Assembly (NCBI GenBank): GCA_051746185.1
Contig: JBNJEV010000013.1
Span: 5,753 to 69,752 of the forward strand
Reading direction: 5' to 3'
Origin: Bacteroidota bacterium
GTDB taxonomy: Bacteria > Bacteroidota > Bacteroidia > Bacteroidales > GCA-2748055
DNA: 64,000 nt
The notes beneath the pieces are model-generated. The model ran no database searches. It saw only the letters and a list, made by a program, of their open reading frames with translations, and was not told the origin of the DNA. The position numbers were made by a program, and so were the translations under genes. Positions 36,417-47,100 of this stretch are shown piece after piece; the first letter of the stretch is position 1; each line of letters opens with the position of its first letter.

Positions 36417-37118
36417 CTAACCCAGCTCGCTGATCCGCTCCAGCCTGGGCAGGTCAAGAATCCTGATCTTCCTGCCGTCGATGGAAATTACCCCTTCCTG
36501 GGCAAAGGTGGAGAGTGTGCGTATGGCATTGGAGGTGGTCATGTTGGACAAATTGGCCACATCCTCACGGGAAAGATAGATCTTGATGGTTTTCCCGTCA
36601 TTTTCATATCCGTAGGTATCCTTGAGAAAGATCAGGGATTCGGCAAGCCTTCCCCGGATGTGTTTCTGTGTCAGGGTCACCGTCCTGTCATGTGAAAATC
36701 CCAGTTCAGAGGCAAAGGACTGAATGATGCTGATGCTCAACTCGGCATTGCTGCGGATGACCCTGTATACGCTTTCCTTATCAATAATACATGAAACACT
36801 GTCCTCAATGGCCACTGCGGTGGCGGTATGGTTCTCTTCTGCAAACAGCGCCCGGTATCCGATGAAACCTACGGGCTTGGCCATTCTGACGATCTGTTCC
36901 CTTCCTCCCACGCCCTCCTTGAAGATTTTGACCTTTCCTTCGGCCAGGATCATCAGGCCGATGGGCTTGTCACCCTCCTTGAAAATGATCTCACCTTTTT
37001 TATAAAACGCACAGGTATAATTTTGCTTCAGGAATTCTTTTTCTTTGGGAGTCAGTACTGTAAATACAGATTTCGGATTGTCGATCACGTCATCTGCATT
37101 GTAGTTCCTTTCCTGCAT
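36417..37118 (-). CDS. Crp/Fnr-family transcriptional regulator
   Basis: It has a cNMP-binding beta-roll (...KGEIIFKEGDKPIGLMILAEGKVKIF...) and a C-terminal HTH (...REDVANLSNMTTSNAIRTLSTF...). Confidence 0.85.
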   Translation of the reverse strand: MQERNYNADDVIDNPKSVFTVLTPKEKEFLKQNYTCAFYKKGEIIFKEGDKPIGLMILAEGKVKIFKEGVGGREQIVRMAKPVGFIGYRALFAEENHTATAVAIEDSVSCIIDKESVYRVIRSNAELSISIIQSFASELGFSHDRTVTLTQKHIRGRLAESLIFLKDTYGYENDGKTIKIYLSREDVANLSNMTTSNAIRTLSTFAQEGVISIDGRKIRILDLPRLERISELG

Positions 37119-37187
37119 TATAATCGTGTTATATGGTCAGATGATGTTGAATAACACACAAAAATAGAAAAAATAATCAATATCCTG

Positions 37188-38846
37188 TCAATACCTGGCC
37201 ACCAGGGGAATGCGCCTTCCTACCCCGAAAGCCTTGGAAGAAATCCTTAGAACGGGAGGGGTCTGGTATCTCTTGTACTCGTTCTGGTCCACCATTTTGA
37301 TGATCCCCCTGACCAGGTCTCTGTCATATCCCAGAGCGGCGATCCTGCCGGGTGACAGCTGCTTTTCAATATAGGCCTCGAGGATCCCGTCCAGTGTATC
37401 GTATAGGGGAAGGGAATCGGTATCCTTCTGGCCGGGTTTGAGTTCGGCGGAAGGGACCTTGGTGATGATGTTACGGGGAATGACCTCCTGTTGCCTGTTC
37501 AGGTAGTGCGCCAGATCATAAACATCGGTTTTGTATACATCCCCGAGTACGGAGAGTCCGCCGCTCATGTCCCCGTAAAGGGTGCCGTATCCTACGGCAG
37601 CTTCACTTTTATTACTGGTGTTGAGCAGGATATGTCCGAACTTATTGGAGAGGGCCATCAGCAGGATACTCCTGATCCTGGCCTGGATATTCTCTTCGGT
37701 GGTATCTTCCGGAAGGTTCCTGAAAAGGGGTTCCAGTGTTTCCCTGAACTGATTGAACACCTTTTCAATGGAAAGCACCTTATACCGGACCCCAAGGTTA
37801 TTGGCCAGCCGGATCGAATCATCTACGCTGTGTTTGGAGGAATACTGGGAAGGCATCAGCAGAACAAGCATGTTTTCCGGGCCCAGTGCCCTGGCGGCAA
37901 GTACCAGTGTGACCGCAGAATCAATGCCTCCCGATAATCCCAAAATGGCAGTACGCAACCCCAGCTTCTGAAAATAATCCCTGATCCCGCACAGTAGCCC
38001 GTCAGCGATCATCTCAATACGGTCCGGGATCCTGCCCGATGATGGATCCGCTTTTGCAGATTCCAGTTCCTCCAGGTCAATCAGCGCAAAGTCCTCACGG
38101 AAAAACGCCAGTCTTTTTACCACCTGGCCCTTGCTGTTAATGGCCAGAGAGCCTCCTTCAAACAGGAGCTCGGTCTGCGCACCCACCTGGTTGCAGTAAA
38201 GAAGGGGCAGATGGTACCTGGATGCTTTCCCGGTGAATATGGATTGTTTCACTTCCTGCTTCCGGTGCGAGAAGGGGGAAGCTGCCAGGTTGATGATCAG
38301 TTCCGGTCCCTGTTTGCTCAGTTCTTCGAGGGGATTAAGCGTATAGAGCTTGCTCCGGGAAAAATCGCTCTCGAATGGCTGTTCGTCCCAGAGGTCTTCG
38401 CAGATGGTGACAGCAATGCGCCTTCCATTGAACTCCAGCAGGCGGAATGTCCTGTTGGGCTCAAAATACCTGTACTCGTCAAAAATATCATAGGTGGGAA
38501 GGAGTGATTTCCGGAACACCTGCACCACCCTGCCTCCCAGGAGAAAGAAAGCCGAGTTAAAGAGCATCTTTCCCTGTTTTTCCGGGTTGAATTCGGGAGC
38601 ACCGATCAGCACCCCGATGCCGGGATCGATGCTTTCGGCAATTTCCCGGAGGGAGCGGTGACAATCATTGATGAAATCTTCTCTTTCCAGCAGATCAAGT
38701 GGAGGATATCCGCAGATGGAAAGCTCGGAAAAAATAACCAGGGCGGCCTGTTCTCCGCCCGCCCCGGATACGGCATCCAGGATCTTCTTTTTGTTTCCCT
38801 CAAAATCCCCGATAAAGTAATTCAGCTGAGCCAGGGCGATTTTCAT
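37188..38846 (-). CDS. nadE: Glutamine-dependent NAD+ synthetase
   Basis: It has an N-terminal CN-hydrolase domain (MKIALAQLN...ELSICGYP...) and a synthetase domain (...LGLSGGIDSAV...). Confidence 0.93.
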   Translation of the reverse strand: MKIALAQLNYFIGDFEGNKKKILDAVSGAGGEQAALVIFSELSICGYPPLDLLEREDFINDCHRSLREIAESIDPGIGVLIGAPEFNPEKQGKMLFNSAFFLLGGRVVQVFRKSLLPTYDIFDEYRYFEPNRTFRLLEFNGRRIAVTICEDLWDEQPFESDFSRSKLYTLNPLEELSKQGPELIINLAASPFSHRKQEVKQSIFTGKASRYHLPLLYCNQVGAQTELLFEGGSLAINSKGQVVKRLAFFREDFALIDLEELESAKADPSSGRIPDRIEMIADGLLCGIRDYFQKLGLRTAILGLSGGIDSAVTLVLAARALGPENMLVLLMPSQYSSKHSVDDSIRLANNLGVRYKVLSIEKVFNQFRETLEPLFRNLPEDTTEENIQARIRSILLMALSNKFGHILLNTSNKSEAAVGYGTLYGDMSGGLSVLGDVYKTDVYDLAHYLNRQQEVIPRNIITKVPSAELKPGQKDTDSLPLYDTLDGILEAYIEKQLSPGRIAALGYDRDLVRGIIKMVDQNEYKRYQTPPVLRISSKAFGVGRRIPLVARY

Positions 38847-38853
38847 CTGGTTG

Positions 38854-39507
38854 CTAGAATTGGACCCCCAGGTTTATGGAAATGGCGTTCAGGGTGATTT
38901 TGGCTTCATCGTTCCCGGTAACATCGGTCAGACCGGAAGACCATCTGACACCACCCACCAGTGCTGTGCTTCCTCCCAGCCGGTATTGCACACCCGCTCC
39001 GAGATGGTAACCCAGGTTGAACAGATTGGTGTTACCGCGGTTGTTCTCCTTGTCGAATGTCTCATCATCGGAAGTGGAAAATGCATTGATATTGAACATG
39101 GGATTGAATCCCAGCTGAAAAAAGAAGGTGGTATATCCCAGTTCTTCGGTTTTCAGTTTCAGTCCCAGAGGGATGTCGATATACTGCATCCTGTGTTTCA
39201 GGACCTGCCCGGGGACCGCATACAGGCTGTCGCTCCCGGAAACAAAGAGCGTGGAATCGGCGTAGGCCAGTTTCCCTCCCATATTATTCACTCCCACACC
39301 TGTGGTAAAAGCATAATGATCGGAAAAGAACAGATCGGCAATCAGTCCGGCCTGCATGTGCAGGATGGATCCTGCCGGTGAAACATTGTCCTCATCCGAG
39401 CTGAACCAGGCAAATTGCGGATCAGCATGTACGCTGAATTTTATCCGCTGACCGTATGCTGCCGCGAAGCAGATTAACATAACCGAAAGTAAAGCGATTC
39501 GTTTCAT
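38854..39507 (-). CDS. Outer-membrane beta-barrel (porin-family) protein
   Basis: It has a signal peptide (MKRIALLSVMLICFAAAYGQ), an alternating amphipathic pattern and a terminal ...INLGVQF. Confidence 0.7.
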   Translation of the reverse strand: MKRIALLSVMLICFAAAYGQRIKFSVHADPQFAWFSSDEDNVSPAGSILHMQAGLIADLFFSDHYAFTTGVGVNNMGGKLAYADSTLFVSGSDSLYAVPGQVLKHRMQYIDIPLGLKLKTEELGYTTFFFQLGFNPMFNINAFSTSDDETFDKENNRGNTNLFNLGYHLGAGVQYRLGGSTALVGGVRWSSGLTDVTGNDEAKITLNAISINLGVQF

Positions 39508-39569
39508 CCGTTTAGAATTTTATAATTTTCTACTTTTGTACACCTGTTGGTATTTCAAATTTACATAAT

Positions 39570-40586
39570 ATGACGAGACCTGTTCGACAAATCTGTTTTT
39601 TTATCTCCTTGGGACTGCTTCTTTTATGGGGATGTGGTCGCCATCCACTGGATGTGGATATATCGGGGATCGAGGAAGAGGTTACCGTGGAACGGTTCGA
39701 CCGGGAGCTGTTCCGGATGGATCTGGATACTATTGAGGAGGGCATCGGATATTTTTATGAGCGGTACGGGGATTTTTTCGATATATACAATGTACATATC
39801 ATCAACATTGGACCCGCATCGGACAGGCGTTACCCTTCCTATCTTTCCATGTTTGTCAATGATCCTGACAACAGGGAAGTCTATGAATATACTAGTGAGA
39901 TTTATGCCGATACAGAGGAGACCAACCGGAGCCTGACCCGGGGATTCAGGCATTACCTGTACCATCATCCCGATTCTGCCCTCCCCCGCGTGGTGGGATA
40001 TGTGAGCCGTTTCAACCAGGGACTGTTAACCGTCGGTCATTTCATCGGGGTGGGACTTGACCAGTACCTGGGAAGTGACTGTCCCTATTATGAAATGATG
40101 GGGATTCCCGAATACGTTGCCAGAAGCAAGATTCCCGAAAGGGTCCCCGTGGATGTGCTTTATGCCTGGGGCACCCAGATCTATCCTTACAATGATTCGG
40201 TGGACAATGTGCTCACCCGGATCATCCATCAGGGGATGCTCCAGTATTTTGTGGATGCCATGTTCCCGGGGAAAGAGGACAGCCTGAAACTGGGATTTAC
40301 AGAAGGCCAGCTTACCTGGTGCAGGAACAACGAAGCGCAGATGTGGACCTACCTGGTGGAGGAAAAACTGCTGTTCTCCACCGATCCGATGGTGATCCGC
40401 AAACTGTTGGACGAGGCTCCCTATACCCAATCCTTTACCACTGAATCGCCCGGAAGGGCAGCCGTGTGGATTGGCTGGCAGATCGTGCGGGAATTTGCCC
40501 GGAGAAACCCGGATCTCTCCCTCCGCCAGCTGATGTCGTATCGTGATTACCAGGAACTTCTCAGGCAGTCCAGGTATAACCCCTGA
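39570..40586 (+). CDS. gldB: GldB-like gliding-motility lipoprotein
   Basis: It has a lipobox (LLLLWGC) and ...VTVERFDRELF... early in the protein. The size is about 330 aa, and the nadE-adjacent position matches the known context in Flavobacterium. The call rests on resemblance and synteny. Confidence 0.55.
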   Translation: MTRPVRQICFFISLGLLLLWGCGRHPLDVDISGIEEEVTVERFDRELFRMDLDTIEEGIGYFYERYGDFFDIYNVHIINIGPASDRRYPSYLSMFVNDPDNREVYEYTSEIYADTEETNRSLTRGFRHYLYHHPDSALPRVVGYVSRFNQGLLTVGHFIGVGLDQYLGSDCPYYEMMGIPEYVARSKIPERVPVDVLYAWGTQIYPYNDSVDNVLTRIIHQGMLQYFVDAMFPGKEDSLKLGFTEGQLTWCRNNEAQMWTYLVEEKLLFSTDPMVIRKLLDEAPYTQSFTTESPGRAAVWIGWQIVREFARRNPDLSLRQLMSYRDYQELLRQSRYNP

Positions 40587-40590
40587 CCGG

Positions 40591-41979
40591 TCAGGACTGC
40601 CATCGGGACGATTTCCCCCGGGCCAGTGAAGCGAAGACTCCCAGGGTACAGAGGACCGCAAAGATGGTCAGCGAGGTTTTCATGCTGGTGAGGAATTCAT
40701 CTGAAATATTCACGGAAAGCGGTTCGTTGCCTATGAACAGCTGCAGGACCATGGTGGCGATCCCCATGCTGAACATCTGACCCGTCAGCCGCATGGTCCC
40801 CACGGTGGCCGATGCGATTCCCAGAAATTTCTTCTCCACCGACCCCATAATGGCATTGGTATTGGGTGAGGAGAACATCCCGAAACCCAGGCCGACCACC
40901 ACCAGGGAAACGATCAGATAAAAATAACGGGTATGATGTGAGAGAAAGGTCAGCATGATCAGGCCCCCTACAATGATCCCCATCCCTGCGGAGGAGAGGA
41001 TCCGGGGATCATATCTGTCCGATAGCTTTCCCGAGTAGGAGGCCACCAGCGCCATGGTCAGCGGCTGGGTCACCAGGATAATCCCCGCATCCCTGGGCGA
41101 AAGCTCCAATACATACTGCAGATAGAGGCTCAGCAGAAAAGTGATGGCAAACGTGGTGGCATAGTTGATCAGGGCAGCCAGGTTCGAGAACGCAAAATGC
41201 CTGTTGCGGGTGAAAAGCGCGATATTGAAAACCGGGAATCTGGTTTTCAGTTCCAGCAGCGAAAAAGCGACCAGTCCCGAAACCCCGGCCACGGTCAGGA
41301 TGATGGCAAAAGTCTCCGGCATCTGGGAGAACCCGAACATGAAAGCCGACATGGAAAGAACGTACAGGACCGATCCCCGCAGATCAAAACGCTCTCCCCT
41401 GGCATCTGCCCAGTCTCCCTTAATACGGAGCCAGGTGACTCCGATGACCACCCCTTCGAAGGGGATGGTGAAATAGAAAATGCTCCTCCACCCCAGGTAC
41501 TGGGTCAGGATACCCCCCAGGAAAGGAGCCGCGGAGAGACCGATGTACACCGCGGTCACGGAGATCCCGATGGCCGCGCCCCTTTCGCCCGGGGGAAATA
41601 CGGAAGTGATGATCGCCACGCCGGTTCCGAAGACCATGGCACTTCCGGCTCCCTGAAGGGCACGGAAGAGGATCAACAGGTTCCCTGACGGGGCCAGGGC
41701 GCACATCACCGAGGTGATCACAATAATAACATTACCCCAGAAAAAGATCCGCTTTCTTCCCCTGATGTCCGCCAGCTTTCCGAAGGGGACCAGGAAAACA
41801 GCCGAGGCGAGCAGAAACGCCATGGCCACCCAGCTCATCCCCACCGCTCCCAGGGAGAGGTCCCTGCTGATGGAAGGAAGGGCGATATTGATGGAACCTC
41901 CCAGGAAAGGATTGATAAAAGAAGTGATGACGATCAGGATCAGGATCAGTCTCCGGGAAGGCGGCTGGTTTGTATTCAT
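40591..41979 (-). CDS. MFS transporter (DHA2-like, ~14 TM)
   Basis: There are many TM spans and the MFS motif ...GKLADIRGRKRIF... Confidence 0.85.
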   Translation of the reverse strand: MNTNQPPSRRLILILIVITSFINPFLGGSINIALPSISRDLSLGAVGMSWVAMAFLLASAVFLVPFGKLADIRGRKRIFFWGNVIIVITSVMCALAPSGNLLILFRALQGAGSAMVFGTGVAIITSVFPPGERGAAIGISVTAVYIGLSAAPFLGGILTQYLGWRSIFYFTIPFEGVVIGVTWLRIKGDWADARGERFDLRGSVLYVLSMSAFMFGFSQMPETFAIILTVAGVSGLVAFSLLELKTRFPVFNIALFTRNRHFAFSNLAALINYATTFAITFLLSLYLQYVLELSPRDAGIILVTQPLTMALVASYSGKLSDRYDPRILSSAGMGIIVGGLIMLTFLSHHTRYFYLIVSLVVVGLGFGMFSSPNTNAIMGSVEKKFLGIASATVGTMRLTGQMFSMGIATMVLQLFIGNEPLSVNISDEFLTSMKTSLTIFAVLCTLGVFASLARGKSSRWQS

Positions 41980-42047
41980 TCAGTTACTGATATCTTTGTA
42001 CCCGGTGATCCTGGATCACCCTTTTCCAGTTCAAATGAGGGTAGTTT

Positions 42048-42857
42048 TCACAACGGACTCCCGCAGATTTTGCAAAAAAGCGCATCCTCATCATGTGCGT
42101 CATGCCCGCAGCTGGGACAGATCCTCCGGCCCGATTTTCTGCCGTCCCTTACAGCCCTTCCGATCTCCACGCTGATGATACCGGTGGGTACCGCTATGAT
42201 GGCATATCCTGTCAGCATGGCCACCGAGGCAAGCATTTTTCCCATAACGGTGGCCGGTGCGATGTCCCCGTAACCAACAGTGGTGATGGTGACAATGGCC
42301 CAGTAAATGCTCTGGGGGATGGAGGTGAATCCGTGTTCCTCCCCTTCTATCAGGTATATGAGTGACCCCAGGACCAGGACCAGGGTGAGGACCGTCCCGA
42401 AAAACACGACGATCTTGTAGCTGCTGGCCCGAAAGGCCCTGACCAGGATCGCTGCTTCATTCAGGTACCTTCCCAGCTTGAAGATCCTGAATATCCGCAG
42501 CAGCCTGAGGGCACGGAACGTCAGCAGGAAGGCGGACTGGTCGAAGAATAGGACCAGGTAGGTGGGGAGTACGGCCAGAAGGTCGATCACCCCGAAAAAA
42601 CTGGTCATATAGCGAACCGGTCTGGGAGAACTGTAGATCCGGAGCAGATATTCTATGGTGAAGACAAAAGTAAAAGCCCATTCAACATCCACAAAGAGGC
42701 GGGGACTGTTCTCCCTGATGGAACTGACACTCTCCAGGATCACCACCGTCACACTGAGAATGATCAGTGTCAGAAGGACCACATCGAATGCCTTGCCCGC
42801 GGGTGTTTCTGTCCCGAAGATGATCGTGTATAGCTTTTTTCTCAGTTTCATCCCCAT
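42048..42857 (-). CDS. Voltage-sensor-containing K+ channel with a C-terminal zinc-ribbon
   Basis: The S4 segment is FRALRLLRIFRIFKLGRY, the selectivity filter is TTVGYGD, and the tail is ...RRICPSCGHDAHDEDALFCKICGSPL*. Confidence 0.85.
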   Translation of the reverse strand: MGMKLRKKLYTIIFGTETPAGKAFDVVLLTLIILSVTVVILESVSSIRENSPRLFVDVEWAFTFVFTIEYLLRIYSSPRPVRYMTSFFGVIDLLAVLPTYLVLFFDQSAFLLTFRALRLLRIFRIFKLGRYLNEAAILVRAFRASSYKIVVFFGTVLTLVLVLGSLIYLIEGEEHGFTSIPQSIYWAIVTITTVGYGDIAPATVMGKMLASVAMLTGYAIIAVPTGIISVEIGRAVRDGRKSGRRICPSCGHDAHDEDALFCKICGSPL

Positions 42858-42945
42858 CCAAAGTTAGGGTATTTGTACCACGCATGAAAACAACAGGCTC
42901 ATCTCATCGGTGTATTCTCCATGAAAAGCAAAGAGGCCAATTTTT

Positions 42946-44145
42946 TTAAACGGGCGGATTGTTCAGAAGCTCGACGGCCAGGCAGGAAAGCAGCATGCTC
43001 CCGGTCTTCAGTGCTGATTCGTCCACCCTGAATCCGGACGTGTGAAGGGGAAAGATCTCTTCCGAGGCGGGGGTCCTGACCCCCAGGCGGTACATCATCC
43101 CCGGGATCACGCCGGCAAACCAGGCGAAATCTTCGGCGGTCATCCGGATCTCCATCTCTTCCACGGCATCTTCTCCCAGGAATTCTGCGGCCAGCCTTTT
43201 TGATTCCAATGTGAGCTTTTCATGGTTATGGAGGACCGGATATCCGTGCCTGATCTCCACATCCACCGACCCGCCCATGCCGGAAGCGATCCCCGATGCG
43301 ATCTGTCCGATCATCCGGTGGGCTTCCTTTCTCCAGGTTTCATTCATGGTCCGGAAGGTTCCCTCCAGCTCAACCTGGTCCGGGATCACATTTACTGCAC
43401 CGTCTGCGGTCACCTTCCCGAAGGAAAGGACGGTGGGGACGCCCCGCGGAGCCTTTCTGTTGATCTCCTGCTGCAGGGAGATCAGGATATGGGATGACAT
43501 CAGGACCGGATCATGGATCTTTTCCGGCTGGGCACCATGTCCTCCCTTTCCTTTCACCGTGAGGTAGATCTCATCACTGGAGGCCATATAGATCCCTGGT
43601 TTGAAACCCACGTGTCCCGCTTCCATTTCGGGCAACACATGCTGGGCAATGATCATGTCCGGTCTTTTTTCATCGAAAACACCCTCATCCAGCATGGTCC
43701 TGGCACCTCCCGGAACTCTTTCCTCACCCGGCTGGAACACAAAGAGCACTTCTCCCCGGATCTTTTCTTTCAGCCGGTCCAGCAACCGGATGGCTCCCAG
43801 CAAACAGGCCATATGAACGTCATGGCCGCAGGCATGCATGACCCCGTGCCGCGCGGAACTGTATGGAAGCCCGGTCTGTTCGGCAATGGGCAGTGCATCC
43901 ATATCGGAACGCAGGGCGATGCGTTTGCCGGGACGGCCGCCCCTGATCCGGGCGAGGATCCCGGTTCCGGCCACAGGATGCCGGTAAGGGATCCCCCACT
44001 GATCCAGTTTTTCCCTGATGAACGCGGAGGTATCCTGTTCCTCGAAGGAAAGCTCCGGATACCGGTGCAAATGTCTCCTGATAAGCACCAGCTCATCCGT
44101 CAGCGCTCCGGTCAGCAAATCGTTGATATGCGATTTCAGATCCAT
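42946..44145 (-). CDS. M20/M40-family amidohydrolase (N-acyl-amino-acid amidohydrolase type)
   Basis: ...LHRYPELSFEE..T..FI...L...GI........TG......G......IALR.DMDALP... and ...MHACGHD.H... match the family. Confidence 0.88.
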   Translation of the reverse strand: MDLKSHINDLLTGALTDELVLIRRHLHRYPELSFEEQDTSAFIREKLDQWGIPYRHPVAGTGILARIRGGRPGKRIALRSDMDALPIAEQTGLPYSSARHGVMHACGHDVHMACLLGAIRLLDRLKEKIRGEVLFVFQPGEERVPGGARTMLDEGVFDEKRPDMIIAQHVLPEMEAGHVGFKPGIYMASSDEIYLTVKGKGGHGAQPEKIHDPVLMSSHILISLQQEINRKAPRGVPTVLSFGKVTADGAVNVIPDQVELEGTFRTMNETWRKEAHRMIGQIASGIASGMGGSVDVEIRHGYPVLHNHEKLTLESKRLAAEFLGEDAVEEMEIRMTAEDFAWFAGVIPGMMYRLGVRTPASEEIFPLHTSGFRVDESALKTGSMLLSCLAVELLNNPPV

Positions 44146-44152
44146 AAAGGGA

Positions 44153-47100
44153 TTAGAAATCCAGGCTGAGTGAGAGGTAGAACATCCTGGGCTGCACTTT
44201 CATATTCTCCACTCCCCATGCCCAGTCCAGCCGTATGAAATAACCCATCAGACGGCTCCTTAATCCGAATCCGTAACCGGCCACAATGGGGTCCCGGTTG
44301 GCATCCAGGGTAATGGTCATGGGGCCATTGGTGATCACTTCCGTATTCCAGGCATTCTGGTCCGTGAAGGGATGCAGACCGGTCCAGGCACTTCCCACAT
44401 CGGCAAATCCCACGATCTGGAAATTGTTGAGGAAACCGGAACTCAGCGGATGGCCCACCAGGTAGCGGATGACAGGCCACCTCAGCTCGGTGTTGAACAC
44501 GGCAAAGTTGCTTCCGTTGCGGATGTTCTGTGAAAATCCCCTCAGGTTGGTGGCCAGCGCCTGGTAGGCATAGTTCCTGGAATAATCGATGTCCACCGAT
44601 TCGTCGAATGTGGGCACACGGGCCTGGAAAATGTTGATCCAGTTATCCACGCTTCCCAGGTAATAGATCAGCGGACTTCTTCCAAAGGAACCGCTGGCGG
44701 CAAACCGGTTGGCCCATATCAGGGTCCGGTGGATCCGGGTATAATGCCGGAAATCCCCGCCCACCACGTACAGATCGGATTTTGCCCTGTTCAGTTGTCG
44801 GTACGCTTCCCCGAATATTTTGAACCGTAACCCCTTGTAAAGATTGGTCCCCAGGAGCCTGGTGTTGTCAAAGATCAGTTCCCCTTTCAGTCCGCCCCAC
44901 ACCTTGACGATCCCCGATTCGTTCAGGTTGTCGATATCGGTTGACAGGAAGACCGTATTGTCATGCCTGAAAGAGGCGGTCCCTTTCAAAGCCAGTACCT
45001 GGCTGAACGGATACTTCAGGGACCCCAGCACTTCATGGGTGAATGTTTTGATGATCGCATCATAGCCATAGTCACCGTAGGTATAATTCTTGAACACCTG
45101 GCGGTGGAAAATAATCTGTTTGTCGAGCCGCTGTTTGAGGTTCTCAAAGCTGAGCAGGTATTCATTGCTGTCAAAATCGGTGGCAAGCCTGACTCCTCCC
45201 ACCAGCCGGTAATCCTCAAACAGATCATTGGCCCCCACCTTGAACAACAGGTTCAGCCCGGGATTATAGTAGAATGCCCCTCCTGTAAAGGTCTGGTAGG
45301 ATGCGTTCAGGAAACTGAAATCCACCTGGTTGACCAGCCGGTTCGGGTAAAATGCGGTCTGGTAATCGATGTACATCATCTGATCGTCCTGTGCGGAATC
45401 CAGTACCAGGTTCAAATTTCTGCTGCGCAGCTGGTTGTTGTAGTAATTCAGTTTTTCCCGCTCAAAGATGTAGTTATTGATATCGATCCTGAATTCCTGC
45501 AGGGGGATGGTGTCCCCGTCCAGGACCAGTTCGTTGTTGGCAATGTCCTTCATGGAGATCACCTTTTTCTCGACGTGATGGACCGAATCTTCCTGCATCA
45601 GCCTGTCCACATGCCGGTCCCTGTATTCACTGGGTTCCAGTTCATCCCCGTACTGCCTGGTGAAATCGATGGGATGCCTGTACATGTGGTACCTGCCGTT
45701 GTTGTAAATGATCTCGGCGACCTCACCTGTTTCCCTGTTGATGTCATGGGAGAGGATATTCCTTTTATAATTGGTAAGGGGATAGCTGTTTGCAAAATAG
45801 CGATAGTGAATGGTGGTATCCACCAGGCTGATGACACTGTCGTATTCTGCATAATAGCGATTCAGGATCCCGTTCTTGTCGCTGAGGTAGATGAATTCGT
45901 TCCTCCCCATGGACAGGGGCTGCAGGTGATTGATATAATTGCCTTCGGAGATCTTCCGGAGCAGCGGATTTTTCTCCGCATAATCGTAAACAAATACTGA
46001 AAAGGCAGTAGTGGTATTGTTCTCAGGATCATTTTCCATGAAAAGGGTATCCAGCCGCCTGTTGGAGACAAATGAGATCTCTTCCATCTGATTAATGAAC
46101 CTGGGATGATAATCGTCGGCCAAATCGGATGTGATACGTTCGTTGGTGGAAGAGGCGATATCGAAGACCCAGATGTCGGTCTGTCCGTCAACCACCGCCG
46201 AGAGGACCAGTTTTGTGGCATCGGGTGAGAAACTCATATCCAGGATCTTTTCAAAATAGAGCAGGTTCCTGGTGGTGATCTCATCGGTTTCCAGGTTATA
46301 GAAATGGATCTTCAGCAGTCCCTCCTCTTCAGTCACAAATCCGAGGATTTCAGAGGACGGGTGCCAGGCCAGCACGGGAAAGGAGTAATCGTTGATCTGT
46401 TCCAGTTTATGGCCCCTTTTGTAAATACGGTTCTTTCTCCTTTCCCCTTCGGTATGGATCCAGATCTTATACTGGCCTTCCTGGTTGGTGACATACGCTA
46501 CATGGGTTCCGTCGGGACTGATCCTGATGTTCTGGTAGACCCTTTTTTTATGCGGTCTTTTCAGGATCTTACCCTGTTGGGGAAGCTGTGAGGATTCGTC
46601 GCCGGATGTGTACAGGCCCAGGTAGTAGGCACTCCAGTCGACGGACAGATCCTTGAGCTTACTGCCCAGCACATACAGGAATCCGCTTTCGGCATTCTTG
46701 TTGATCTTGGTGATATAGAGTATCTGGGGAATGATGGAAGCGCCATAGGTATCGGCCACATATTTCCAGAAGGAGTGGCCTGCATACCGGGCATCTTTAT
46801 CCTGCAGGTTCACGAATTTCCGGTATTTCCCGGATACAATTCCGTCCTTGACCCGGTTTTCCAGCTCATAATCCCACGGATTGGAAACAAAGGAGATCAG
46901 GCCCTCCAGGTACCATTCCGGAAGATTGATGATGGTTTTACTGGTCAGGTTGTCCCGCAAACCGTCCCCGAACATCATTTCCTGCAGCAACACTTCTGCA
47001 ATGGCCGCCCTGATCTGCCTTTCAAAGTCCACATGATCACCGGTAAAATATATAAAAACCTTGTTCTGGATGATCTGGGTGGTCCCCCCGATGTTGTATT

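Noticed and set aside
42004-42020. The hairpin GGTGATC-CTG-GATCACC followed by CTTTTCC, between the MFS and K+ channel genes, as a terminator.
   Set aside because: The T-run follows the hairpin only on the plus strand, where no gene ends. On the minus strand, downstream of the channel gene, there is no U-tract. Its function is unsupported.
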